From a virus: a stretch of DNA of 64,000 bases. The stretch is taken from the IMG/VR virus record IMGVR_UViG_3300033145_000529, positions 64,001 to 128,000 of that record; one strand, written 5' to 3'. The notes beneath the pieces were generated by a model. The model made no database searches. It was not told the DNA's origin and was given only the letters and a program-made list of their open reading frames with translations. The translations under genes and the position numbers were made by a program. How positions within the stretch are numbered: the stretch's first letter is position 1; the number at the start of each line of letters is the position of its first letter. This document shows, in pieces, positions 1 to 10,192 of this stretch.

Positions 1-132
1 GTAGCCACATCAGCAGAAGTACGTTCTGTTGCAACTGAGATTAAGAGGTTTGGGTGGAGAGTTGTTAGTGCTTGTCTTAGTACTCTTTTAGCGATCGTAA
101 TGGTGTTAATTTTTCTATAAGGGTGAGGTTCA

Positions 133-636
133 ATGGGAGCAGGAAAATTTCGTAATGAGGATTTTAGTGTTTATTTTTTCCTTAAATTCCTTGATATTGA
201 GGGAACTCCACTAGGTAATATTGCTAAAATTGTAGATGGTTACCCTTATAATGAGATAGAAGAAGGTACACTAATTTTACCGACAGTATCTATTGAGGCT
301 AGTATGACATCTGAGGAGGGTGTTGGTGAGATGGGTGCTAGTTGGTTCAGACGTACTTGGGCTATAGACATCTTTGCACAAACTGATGTTCAGAGAGATG
401 ACTTGGCAGATAGAATCTTCCAAGCATTGGATGTAGCTATTCCTATAAAGGACTATTCTGATGGTTACCGAAAGGATACGGGGAAGTCACCAGCAGGTGT
501 GGATTTGAGGATAATTGAATATATGAATCCAAATGATCGGACAATACGACCTACCTATGCGTTTAATTTATACGCTAAGATTAAGTATTGGAGAGCTGCC
601 GTAACCTTTGAAACTGTATCAACACAGGCAAGTTAA
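133..636 (+). CDS. tail terminator/completion protein
   Basis: 167 aa, directly upstream of tail tube; LPTVSIE...IDIFAQTDVQRDDLAD pattern. Confidence 0.6.
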   Translation: MGAGKFRNEDFSVYFFLKFLDIEGTPLGNIAKIVDGYPYNEIEEGTLILPTVSIEASMTSEEGVGEMGASWFRRTWAIDIFAQTDVQRDDLADRIFQALDVAIPIKDYSDGYRKDTGKSPAGVDLRIIEYMNPNDRTIRPTYAFNLYAKIKYWRAAVTFETVSTQAS

Positions 637-972
637 TGATTGCCGAAGAAACTATAAAGGACTATCTACCAAGTAAAACAGAACAAGCAAATTGACTTGA
701 GGTTAAATGTTGAGACTGTGTGGCATAGTTGTGGTTCTTCTTGTTCTAATAGAGAACAGGAGATTCACAATCGGATTAAAGAATTAAATAGACACGGGAA
801 GGTAGGAAACTACTCCTCAATCGAGTTAGGTGTGATAAGGAAAAAGGTGGGTGAGGAGTACAAAGGGACGGATTGGATTAACAAAAATGGAATATCTCTC
901 TCAGGTTTGGGGAGTGAATAATATATGATGGTCAATTGGTAGAAAGGTTGTTTGAGGGAGAAGGGGTAAAAT

Positions 973-2169
973 ATGACAAAAAGAATAGCGGTCCCATATA
1001 AAGATGTAATGCTTAGAATAGTAGGACCTAAAGCTGATTTCTATGCCCACCGTGTTCAGCGATTAGATTTTCCTACAACATTACCTAATACTACAATTAA
1101 TGAGTTGGGCAATGACCAGCATGCAGGGATTATAACAGATATTCCAGAAGTTACTGCTACTTTCCAAGCATTTGATGTTTCACATAAGATTTATTCTATT
1201 TTATGTGGTGTAGACCCCGATGCTTTTGGAGATGCGGGGAAAGATGTTAGTAACCTTGGTTACATTGATTTGATTGGTTATGTTAGACAAGCTGATGTTG
1301 CTGAGATGCTAAAATGTATTCACGTAAAATATATGAGAATTACTGACTTTACCTTTACTTACACAGTTGATGGTGAGAGTACGGAGGAGTACAGTTGTGC
1401 TGGTAGTGAAAAGAGATATTTTGCTAATGATGTTGTAGTAGAATCTGGTAGTTTAGTTGGTGGAGTAGCAACTCTTACTCTTACACCAAGGCAACTAAAA
1501 AATAGTGATTATTTGTTAAGTTTCATTGTGGATGGTGATTGGAAGAATGAAGCGGCATCTGTTGGTGTTCAGTTAGATGATGAATACATTGTAGATGGTT
1601 TAAGCGTGACACTTAGCGGTGGAGCGACTGAGGATTGGTTAGCTGTTTTTCATACATTAAGTGGAACTTTAGCTTTTAATAGAATCTCTGATGCCACTGT
1701 TCCTGCGGCTATACGTGGTAAGAATATTCCTGTTGTAATTGCTGCTGAGAATATGCATAGAGTACAGAGTGTGACAATTAGGGGTACGTTCCCCAACACT
1801 AAAGTTGTGGAAATGGGCAATACTTCAGTTGTTGGTTACATTGTAGACCCACCTGACATTAGTGGAGATATTACGGTTCTTGACACAGATAGTGAAATTG
1901 TTGCTCTATTGACAACTGGTACAATAACTGATGCTGATGGTTATGGGGAATATGGCGTAGACGAGTATGAAGAGAGAACACTGGCGTTGACAGTTCAGTT
2001 GAAAGACCCTTCTGATAATACTACAATCCAGAAGACAGTGAAGATTCCTTATATGAGAATCACTTCAGATGGAACAGCCTCAAATGTGGGTGGTCAGTTG
2101 ACGCAGACATTCGCATTCATGTCTAACGATGCACAATGTATTGTATATTCTGGTGCAGTTCCAGCATAA
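973..2169 (+). CDS. major tail (tube) protein
   Basis: 398 aa beta-rich protein preceding chaperone pair and tape measure; strong SD. Confidence 0.75.
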   Translation: MTKRIAVPYKDVMLRIVGPKADFYAHRVQRLDFPTTLPNTTINELGNDQHAGIITDIPEVTATFQAFDVSHKIYSILCGVDPDAFGDAGKDVSNLGYIDLIGYVRQADVAEMLKCIHVKYMRITDFTFTYTVDGESTEEYSCAGSEKRYFANDVVVESGSLVGGVATLTLTPRQLKNSDYLLSFIVDGDWKNEAASVGVQLDDEYIVDGLSVTLSGGATEDWLAVFHTLSGTLAFNRISDATVPAAIRGKNIPVVIAAENMHRVQSVTIRGTFPNTKVVEMGNTSVVGYIVDPPDISGDITVLDTDSEIVALLTTGTITDADGYGEYGVDEYEERTLALTVQLKDPSDNTTIQKTVKIPYMRITSDGTASNVGGQLTQTFAFMSNDAQCIVYSGAVPA

Positions 2170-2220
2170 ACAATAGAATAGGAAGATATAGGTCATTCTA
2201 TCAAAAAGATACAAAGGGAA

Positions 2221-2298
2221 TTTGGTATGCGTACCAAAGATATTAAGGGAGTCTTTGATGACGATTATTCAAAATCGTGGTTATGGACTCCCTTATTT
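2221..2298 (+). terminator. stem-loops after tail tube gene (attenuator/terminator-like)
   Basis: TTTGGTA/TACCAAA hairpin, then TAAGGGAGTC...GACTCCCTTA stem followed by TTTGTT. Confidence 0.45.
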
Positions 2299-2323
2299 GT
2301 TATAAAATAAGAGAGGAAAGGAA

Positions 2324-3037
2324 ATGAGTAAAGAAGCTATGAAAAATTTATCTAAATTATTAAAATGGAGTAAAGAAGTAGAACTGAAAGGACCAGATGG
2401 TACAACGATTGGTAAAGTTTGGATTAGACTAGTTGGTGATTTAACCTATCAGACTGCACAACAATATGCTCTTGTAGCAAGTAGAAATATGCGTAAGAAA
2501 CTTCACGATAAGACTAGTTTAGAGTATCAAGCAATGTTTCTTGATATTAATGATAGGTCAGATAGTGACCTTGTTATGGGTATTGTTTTAGCAGAGATGG
2601 CTAATTATAGAGATTGGGCTATTGAGGAAGTTGATAAGGATATTAAAACAATACCAGAGTTAAATCACAATGCAAAATTAGAAGAACAGGAAGAGCATCA
2701 GAAAGCCGAAGAAGATTATTTAAAGAATAGAATTGAATCAGTTCGAAAAAAGATGGATGAAAAAGCAGAGAACAGAAATGAGGAATTAAAAGATAAGTCT
2801 AAAGAAGAACTTATTACTCTTTTTATGCGTGCGGCAATAGACCAAAGATGTCTTGAGATTTTTACGCAAATTTTTAGAGATTATTGTGTTTTTTGCGGAA
2901 CTTATTTGGATTCTAGATTTGTTGATGGAGCTTATAAATCATTTGATGAGTTTCAGGACATTGCAACACCAATTAAAAGACAACTTCTTGATACTTATGT
3001 TAAACTAGAGCTTACTGGTGAACAATTAAAAAACTAA
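2324..3037 (+). CDS. tail assembly chaperone (gpG-like)
   Basis: between tube and tape measure; ends in slippery A AAA AAC TAA. Confidence 0.75.
   Translation: MSKEAMKNLSKLLKWSKEVELKGPDGTTIGKVWIRLVGDLTYQTAQQYALVASRNMRKKLHDKTSLEYQAMFLDINDRSDSDLVMGIVLAEMANYRDWAIEEVDKDIKTIPELNHNAKLEEQEEHQKAEEDYLKNRIESVRKKMDEKAENRNEELKDKSKEELITLFMRAAIDQRCLEIFTQIFRDYCVFCGTYLDSRFVDGAYKSFDEFQDIATPIKRQLLDTYVKLELTGEQLKN
3028..3034 (+). other. programmed -1 frameshift site AAAAAAC
   Basis: X XXY YYZ heptamer just before stop; -1 frame is open into ORF 3049-3321. Confidence 0.8.
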
Positions 3038-3048
3038 GCAGGGACAAT

Positions 3049-3321
3049 GTGTTTGCTAGTTGGTGGCATATTGTCCAAAAATCAGGGATACCTTTATCTG
3101 ATGAGTTTAAATCTATTATAGATGTACCATATACCTTTACACATCTAATAAGGAAGAGAATGCAGATAGATAGTTGGATGGAGTTACCAAAAGATAAACG
3201 ACCACCAAAAGAAATTTGGGATAAACCTAATGAACTTGAAGAGTGGTTTAATAGGGTTTTTGACAGTGAAAAACAAACAGAATTTAATGTTCCAATTGAT
3301 GAGAATGAGGTAGAAAGATAG
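3049..3321 (+). CDS. tail assembly chaperone C-terminal extension (gpGT-like)
   Basis: -1 frame of upstream chaperone; abuts tape measure. Confidence 0.7.
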   Translation: MFASWWHIVQKSGIPLSDEFKSIIDVPYTFTHLIRKRMQIDSWMELPKDKRPPKEIWDKPNELEEWFNRVFDSEKQTEFNVPIDENEVER

Positions 3322-6300
3322 TGGTAGAATCACAATTTATACCAGGGCAACAAGGTGGAAGTCCTATGAGTCATACGTTGTTTATGAAACAGTATGAAGA
3401 ACAAAAGAGAAAACTAATTGAAAATACTGCGTTGTTTCAAAAATATGGCTATTCTCAAGCAGAGTCAGCTAAAATGTCTCATCAGATGGTTGATGCCAAC
3501 AAAAGAAACATTGCTAGTTTTAATGGGATGACAGAAAGCATGGGTAAGGCTGTTCTAAAAGTTACTTTGTGGATGGCAGCTATTAGTGTAGTTCTTGGTG
3601 CGATGAAAAAGGTGGGGGAGGTTATAGAACTGTGGAAAGATTTAGAGGTAACTTTAGAAAGGATTGGTATTACAACTGGTGAAATTGGTCTTGGTCTTTA
3701 CCAATACTTTGAGAAGACTGCTGATGTTGCCATTGCTATGGGTATGCCTATCCAAAATACTCTTAGGGGTATGGATTTGGCACTTAGAGCAACAGCTTCA
3801 TTAGAAAACCAAGTGGTGCGAACAGCTACAGCTACGATGATGTTGAGAGATGCATCTATTCTTGGTAATGTTGCTGGTATGAATTTTGACCAAGCAATTG
3901 ATATTTTAGTAGGTTCTTTGCGTCAGACTGGTATGGAGCTTGACCAAGGAATTATTCTTTTAGATAAGTGGGTAGCGGTAGCTAGAAATGCGGCTGTATC
4001 AGTTAATGATTTATCACAAGGTTTTGCTATTATGTCTAGTGCTGCTGCTTCTGCTGGTGTAAATATTGACCAAGTTAATGGTATTATTGCGGCATTGAGT
4101 GAGTCTGTAACATTAGGACCTATTGAGGTTGGTAATGCTATTAGAGCGTTAATGGCAACTATTTATAATCCAGGGTCAATTAAAATTATGTCACGGTATG
4201 GTGTTGCTGTTAAAGATGCTACAGGGGAATTGAGGTCATTTTGGGACATTATGACTCAGTTATCATCAATGGTAGTAACGGGTGCTTTGGATGAAAGTCA
4301 AATAATGGAAATTGCTAAAGCTGCTGGTGCTGGTCAGAGACGTTATGCTCAATTTATTGCTCTTTTACAGAACTGGACAAATGCGATGAGGGCTGCTGAT
4401 ATTTCTGCAAACGCACAGAATGAGGCTTTAAAGGCTAATCAAAGAATCGTTGATACTCTTACTAATGCTTATGACCAATTTACGGCGGCACAAAATAAGT
4501 TCTGGTATGCTTTTGGTGAAAAGAGTGGGATTATAGGTGATATGACACAAGCGTTTCAAGGATTTGCCAGTCTTTTTAACAATATTTCTGGTTGGAATGA
4601 AGGTCTATTTAAGACTTTGAAAATTTTGATGGAAATTGCTGCTGCTCTAGCTATTATTAAAGTTTCCATGATCGGTTGGGCTAAGCTTCAGGGTATGGGT
4701 ATTGGTGCAGGAATGGGTGGATTTTTTGGAATGGGTAAATATCCAATGGCTGCTGGTGCTGGAGCACCAGGGTACTATGACACTACTCAAGGTGCTAGAG
4801 GGGCACCTCTGTATGTGAGGGGAACTCCCCCATCGGGAGGGCAGGCTTTTGGTAGGCGTATGATTACACCTAGTCGTGGTGTAGCGGGAATTGCAGGTGC
4901 GGGTATGGTAGGTGGTCTTATTGCTGGTGAGATAACACAATCTACTTTAGGTGCGTGGGGAGGAGGTATAGGAGCTGGTATTGGTATGGCTTTAGGTGGT
5001 CCTGTAGGTGCTGCTGCGGGGGGAGCGATTGGTGCTGTTATTGGTAAAGCTATTGAGGATTCAGCAAGGACTGTTGAAGACATATTAAAAGGAGCTATGG
5101 AAGATTTTCTTGAGTCAATGCCTGCCGAGCTTAGAAGTGCTCTTACTCCAGGTATTCGTGATATATCACTTGCTGGTTTTGCGGCTGAACCTATATCAGA
5201 AGAAGAATTACCATATGCAGAGGCGTTAGAGAAGGCTAGAGAAACGATAGAACTTCAAGAAAGAGCTATTAAAACAGGTGGTACGGCTTGGGAAAAGTTT
5301 TCAGTAAATTTTACTGCTATTAGAGCGGCTATGGAAGCTTTAAGTAGTGAAGGATTTGCTGCTTCTTGGGAAATAATGCAGAAAGAGACTGGAACGTGGG
5401 TACGTGACGAAGCGGGAGAGTGGATTACGTTAACTGAACTTCATACAAGACAGTTAGATGCTCTACTACCAAAGGAACAGCAGATTAAGGATATACGGGA
5501 CGCTCTACTCAATAGTGATAAAGAAGCATTAAGTTTAGAGGATGAATTAGCAGTAAGGGCTAAGGATATTAGAGTTGAAGAAAACACTCAGTTAGTGGTT
5601 AACCGTGAGATTAACAAGTTAAAGGAAAAATCGTTAGATATAGGTACTAAGGAATTTTTACTTCAAAGGAGTCAAATTGAGTCTTCTCAAATAGCTTATT
5701 CAAATCTTCAAGCACAAATTGAAAGGTTTGCCCCCCAAGAGTTGCCTAGATTTAGACAATTAGTTCCAGATTTTGGGGCATTTATGCAATTTGAACCTGG
5801 TGCATACCAACCGTTACAGGAAGTATTAGCTACTCAAATTAGTATAACTAAGCAACAAGAAGAGGGAGTGCTTGCTATGAAGCAATTAGAGAGATATTGG
5901 GTAGCTCTTCCTGGTTTTAGTGCTACTTATACTACCAATCTTGAGGATATTTTAGCTCAAGAAAATTATTGGTCTGCTTTGTCAAAAGGCTTATTGGCAG
6001 ATGACATAGAAGCTATTGGACACTTGGGTAGAATTAATGAGTTTCTCCAGGAAAAGGGGGTACTCACTAAAGACTTAACTGCGGATGAGATGACCAGCAT
6101 ATCATTATTAGTAGCAGAGGGTGTGGAACACGCTAAAATTGTAGATCTATTGCAAAGAGAATATGACATAAATAACGATATGCTAAAAGATACTATGGAG
6201 TATATGCCACGTTATAAAACACCAGGACAGTTTGCGTTCTTACAAGGAATAGATGCGGGAAAGATTCAATCACTACTAGATAAATATAACACAATGTTTA

Positions 6301-6917
6301 GTGATTTTATTGATAAGGAAACTTCTGACCTTAAAACTTATTATGCTTTTGCACGTACTGAGGAAGGAGTTACTACTGGACAAGCAGAAACATTTGTCGC
6401 ATATGGAGAAGTTTGGAACGCAATGCTTCAAGAATTGCAAGGTATTGAAAAAAACACTAGCAAAATGCTAGAGGCTGAATACAATATACCAGGTTGGTAT
6501 CAAACACCTAATAGGTACATGGCTTTGAGGCAAACTGGTGGAGCGGGGGGATTTGGTCCAGCATCAGAAGGGATGTGGGGGGATTGGTTGGAGTTTGTAA
6601 GCAGTAGGAGTATGCAATCTGGTGGCATTGTCCGTGAAACTGGACCTTATTTCCTGCATAAAAGAGAGGTTGTTGTGTCAGGTGAGACACTGACAAGTAC
6701 TAATGTTCTTCTAGGTAATTCTTATAGGGTGCTTCTAATATCACAGCAATACTTATCAAATATTAACCTTGGGATTCTTGGGGTGAGGCAGGAGATTCAA
6801 CAATTGAGGCAGCAGTTGGCATCAACCAAAACAGCAGAAGTGGGTTCTTCTGATTTTGATAGAGTCACAAAAGCCAATTATGTTGGTATAAGTTCTTTAG
6901 GAGTAAATAGGAAATAA
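3321..6917 (+). CDS. tail tape measure protein
   Basis: 1198 aa helical Ala/Gly-rich protein with TP901-type core (IGNAIRAL-like, GELRSFWDIM) and Gly-rich hydrophobic stretch. Confidence 0.92.
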   Translation: MVESQFIPGQQGGSPMSHTLFMKQYEEQKRKLIENTALFQKYGYSQAESAKMSHQMVDANKRNIASFNGMTESMGKAVLKVTLWMAAISVVLGAMKKVGEVIELWKDLEVTLERIGITTGEIGLGLYQYFEKTADVAIAMGMPIQNTLRGMDLALRATASLENQVVRTATATMMLRDASILGNVAGMNFDQAIDILVGSLRQTGMELDQGIILLDKWVAVARNAAVSVNDLSQGFAIMSSAAASAGVNIDQVNGIIAALSESVTLGPIEVGNAIRALMATIYNPGSIKIMSRYGVAVKDATGELRSFWDIMTQLSSMVVTGALDESQIMEIAKAAGAGQRRYAQFIALLQNWTNAMRAADISANAQNEALKANQRIVDTLTNAYDQFTAAQNKFWYAFGEKSGIIGDMTQAFQGFASLFNNISGWNEGLFKTLKILMEIAAALAIIKVSMIGWAKLQGMGIGAGMGGFFGMGKYPMAAGAGAPGYYDTTQGARGAPLYVRGTPPSGGQAFGRRMITPSRGVAGIAGAGMVGGLIAGEITQSTLGAWGGGIGAGIGMALGGPVGAAAGGAIGAVIGKAIEDSARTVEDILKGAMEDFLESMPAELRSALTPGIRDISLAGFAAEPISEEELPYAEALEKARETIELQERAIKTGGTAWEKFSVNFTAIRAAMEALSSEGFAASWEIMQKETGTWVRDEAGEWITLTELHTRQLDALLPKEQQIKDIRDALLNSDKEALSLEDELAVRAKDIRVEENTQLVVNREINKLKEKSLDIGTKEFLLQRSQIESSQIAYSNLQAQIERFAPQELPRFRQLVPDFGAFMQFEPGAYQPLQEVLATQISITKQQEEGVLAMKQLERYWVALPGFSATYTTNLEDILAQENYWSALSKGLLADDIEAIGHLGRINEFLQEKGVLTKDLTADEMTSISLLVAEGVEHAKIVDLLQREYDINNDMLKDTMEYMPRYKTPGQFAFLQGIDAGKIQSLLDKYNTMFSDFIDKETSDLKTYYAFARTEEGVTTGQAETFVAYGEVWNAMLQELQGIEKNTSKMLEAEYNIPGWYQTPNRYMALRQTGGAGGFGPASEGMWGDWLEFVSSRSMQSGGIVRETGPYFLHKREVVVSGETLTSTNVLLGNSYRVLLISQQYLSNINLGILGVRQEIQQLRQQLASTKTAEVGSSDFDRVTKANYVGISSLGVNRK

Positions 6918-6918
6918 G

Positions 6919-7326
6919 ATGGCTGTAGTAGTTAGATGGAAATTAGATATTGGTGGTTCGTATGAATATGAATTCTCACGAAATCCAAATAGGTATGATG
7001 GAGATAGTGGCTGGCAATATGGTCCTCGTATGAGCGAAATGGAAGTTATAGGGTCTAATCAACCTCACATCCAAATTGATGGGTTTCAAGGGGCAACGAG
7101 AACTATACGTTTTACCGCTATCACTGGTACAATGACACGGAGATTGCAGGACTTCTTTTTAAGAAAGGCAATCATATATAATTGTAGAGACCACCTGTAT
7201 CCAACTCATGCTCAATTTAATTGTTTCATTGCGTCATTTACTCAACAGGTGCGTCCAACTACAGGCAGTTTCCCTGGGTCTGGTGAAGATACCTATGATG
7301 TAGAAATAACTTTGATAAAGATGTAA
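6919..7326 (+). CDS. distal tail protein (putative)
   Basis: small beta-rich ORF directly after tape measure. Confidence 0.55.
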   Translation: MAVVVRWKLDIGGSYEYEFSRNPNRYDGDSGWQYGPRMSEMEVIGSNQPHIQIDGFQGATRTIRFTAITGTMTRRLQDFFLRKAIIYNCRDHLYPTHAQFNCFIASFTQQVRPTTGSFPGSGEDTYDVEITLIKM

Positions 7327-7328
7327 TT

Positions 7329-8939
7329 ATGGGAATAGCTGAAGAATATGCGAAAAGGGTAAAGATACCCATTGCTAAGGTTAAAGTTACTAAATTTTTT
7401 GAGGGAGAGTCCCCTGGAGTGGAAGCCATTGGTGATAATTATTTTCCCGAAGTTATAAGTTGTGATATCACTTATGGTTTTGACCAAGCCAGTACAACCT
7501 GTACTTTGGAATTAAAAACTCCCCTTGATTCTGAAGGTAACTATGTCCGTTTTGTCCCAATGAATAGAGTTGAGGTGGAGCAGGGGTGGAATGTACTTTC
7601 AACTTACAGAATTACATTTTTTGGGTTTATTGATAAAATAGAGTATGCTAGTCCTCCCCGAACAGTTAGATTAGAATGTCGTGATATCCTAAAATTAGCA
7701 CAAGATAACTATTATATTTATTCAAATAGAAGAGTTTATTCTGCTGTACCTGACGAGTCTGAACTAGACGCTGACGGTAATCCTATGGGTGGTCAAGCTG
7801 TTGAGGATAGACAAGCTCAGAGAATTATTACGGATTTCCTGACAGATAGTGGTATCCCAGAGTCTAGACTTCACCTCGACTTTGTAGAATATCCTGCTTC
7901 TGGTGCGATTGTCATTGGTAACAATGCTACGGCTGTTTTCGCATATGAGTCTGCAATGGATGCTTGCACACGCATCACTGACCTTATTGGTTACCGTATA
8001 TGGGCTGATAAAGGTGGGCATGTTCAGTGTAAAGAAATAAGACCTGTCGGAGCCTCAACATCATCTCAAACATATCGCAGTCAAGAAGAGACATATGCAG
8101 GAGATGAGGTATGGACAATTACTCAAGTTGGTAATTTATTAGGTATTAGTGCAAGCAGAGATGATGACCTGAGAAATTGGGTTACAGTATATGGATATGA
8201 TGGAATAAGTACTACAGTTGCAGGTCCATCTGATTATATTCCTACCCCACCAACATATAGAAGGACAGAGATCAGGTCATACTTGCTAGATACACCAGAA
8301 TTACTTATTGCTGTAGCTACTAGAGTTTATAATGATTTGAACAGATTAAGATATACTGCTAGAGCTACTATTGAGGGAGACCCAAGACTTGAAATTGGAC
8401 AGACTATTAGCTTATATGACCCCCACGCAATGACGGACCTAATTGAATATTTCTTGTATGATTATACTAGCTCACTTACAGCAGGTATATGGACTATGGA
8501 ATTGAGTCTTGTTGGTGGTACTGGTGCGGGGACTGAAGGTTCACCCCCAGTTGCTAATATTGCTCCTGTAGCAATGTTTGTATATAGGGTTGAACATGAG
8601 TCGCTTGCTGACGATAGTAATATGTATGATGTTACTGTTGATGCGACACCTTCGTATGACCCAAATGGTCCATTAGAAGAATTGCTCTATACTTGGGTTT
8701 GTTCTGGTTATTCTGTAGCGAGCGGAATTACACATACTTACAATGTGATAACGGATACCCTTTCTATTTATGTTACATTGACGGTGCAAGACCAAGGAAC
8801 ACCACCGCTTAGTAGTTCTATTACTCTTGCAATAACATCTATTGAGGTAGAACAGAAGATGGTATTTGTAGCTTCGGGGAAGTATGTTTATACTTCAGAT
8901 AATGGTGGAGTAAGTTGGTTAAAACAAGAATTATGGTAA
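7329..8939 (+). CDS. baseplate hub/tail protein with C-terminal PKD-like domain and Asp-box
   Basis: hub motifs (FFGFIDKI, LECRDILK, GDPRLEIGQTI); PKD-like DATPSYDPNG...YTW; SDNGGVSW. Confidence 0.75.
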   Translation: MGIAEEYAKRVKIPIAKVKVTKFFEGESPGVEAIGDNYFPEVISCDITYGFDQASTTCTLELKTPLDSEGNYVRFVPMNRVEVEQGWNVLSTYRITFFGFIDKIEYASPPRTVRLECRDILKLAQDNYYIYSNRRVYSAVPDESELDADGNPMGGQAVEDRQAQRIITDFLTDSGIPESRLHLDFVEYPASGAIVIGNNATAVFAYESAMDACTRITDLIGYRIWADKGGHVQCKEIRPVGASTSSQTYRSQEETYAGDEVWTITQVGNLLGISASRDDDLRNWVTVYGYDGISTTVAGPSDYIPTPPTYRRTEIRSYLLDTPELLIAVATRVYNDLNRLRYTARATIEGDPRLEIGQTISLYDPHAMTDLIEYFLYDYTSSLTAGIWTMELSLVGGTGAGTEGSPPVANIAPVAMFVYRVEHESLADDSNMYDVTVDATPSYDPNGPLEELLYTWVCSGYSVASGITHTYNVITDTLSIYVTLTVQDQGTPPLSSSITLAITSIEVEQKMVFVASGKYVYTSDNGGVSWLKQELW

Positions 8940-8946
8940 TGGGTAG

Positions 8947-10179
8947 ATGACAACTAATATTTGGTGGGTAGACCCACCTAGAAAGTATTGGGCTGGTGGC
9001 TACATGAGCTATAAGTATCATGATGCCGTAGTGGATACAGTCTATATCCACAATAACCAATATTACTCTGGATTCCAATGCGTAAAGCAATGGCAATTTC
9101 CGCTAGACTTAATTTCTGACCATTACGAATGTTGGGCATACCACTTCTTTACAAAATTTAAAGTTCCAATAGCTACGAGCGGTGTATTCCAAAGTGCCGA
9201 ACTCTATTTAATGCTTGGTGGTGCTGAGATGGTCTTGGATGACCCCACTGTTTATAACGTTATGGACATTGACGTATACTACAAAAGTGTCTATGACACT
9301 GATACCTTTCCTTGGCAGGTTCTAGATGAAGGAGATTATGCGGCTCCGACATGGACTCAAAATCCTAATTCTATAGAAAATTTCTATAGTATGTGGGGTC
9401 TATTTGTAGTAGGAGGACCATATTGGGTAGACCCTGTTACTGTGACGGTTGGAGTTCAAAAAGCCATAGATGAGGGGTGGGAGTGGATTGCTTTTAGACT
9501 TTCTCCAAGTTATGTTGCCCCACCTGATTATAATTGGGATGTTAGACCAACGACATTCGACCAACGGGCTGCGTTAGCGTTTTATGGTCCAGTTAACCCA
9601 TATTGGACAACCTCACCGCCAGGATTCACTAAAAAGGGTGTACCTGAGCCTGCTTGCTCACCTGTCCCCTGGTTGAAAATTACTTATTCTGGTGGGGCAG
9701 AGCAGTGGTATCCAGGTGAAGATGAGACTGCTAATCCTGTCTCTGGAGAAGGTTCTACTGGTAATGCTATAGTAAATTGTGTAGCCGCAGACCCTAAAGC
9801 TAAAATGGCAATCGCTGGAACTGAAACGGGTAATTTGTGGCATTGTTGGAGTGGTGGAGGTGTGTGGAATAAGGTTCTTGATGGGGTTGAACCCATAACG
9901 GCTGTGTGGATGGATCATATAAGGAATTTCCAAGATTATCCGTATGGCGAAATTGCTTGGTATGGAGCGGGGAGCGGAACAGGAAGTGGAAATTTATATA
10001 AGAGTGAGAATTCTCTTGGTAATTTTACTCTGAAGGGAATTTTCCCAACAAAAATTGTTGAAATCATGTCCAGTAATCGGGATTCTGATAAAGTTGTTGT
10101 GGGTGTCTTGGACGGTGTTTGGACATCTGTTGATGGTGGTGAAACTTGGATAGAAGGGTTAGAATCCCCTACAACATAA
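8947..10179 (+). CDS. tail tip protein with C-terminal BNR/Asp-box blades
   Basis: SVDGGETW-type repeats at C terminus; tail context. Confidence 0.55.
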   Translation: MTTNIWWVDPPRKYWAGGYMSYKYHDAVVDTVYIHNNQYYSGFQCVKQWQFPLDLISDHYECWAYHFFTKFKVPIATSGVFQSAELYLMLGGAEMVLDDPTVYNVMDIDVYYKSVYDTDTFPWQVLDEGDYAAPTWTQNPNSIENFYSMWGLFVVGGPYWVDPVTVTVGVQKAIDEGWEWIAFRLSPSYVAPPDYNWDVRPTTFDQRAALAFYGPVNPYWTTSPPGFTKKGVPEPACSPVPWLKITYSGGAEQWYPGEDETANPVSGEGSTGNAIVNCVAADPKAKMAIAGTETGNLWHCWSGGGVWNKVLDGVEPITAVWMDHIRNFQDYPYGEIAWYGAGSGTGSGNLYKSENSLGNFTLKGIFPTKIVEIMSSNRDSDKVVVGVLDGVWTSVDGGETWIEGLESPTT

Positions 10180-10192
10180 TTGAGGTATAGTA

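Noticed and set aside
697-921. 74-aa ORF between tail completion and tube genes
   Set aside because: TTG start with no SD and no recognisable motif; may be a decayed insertion, but this cannot be supported
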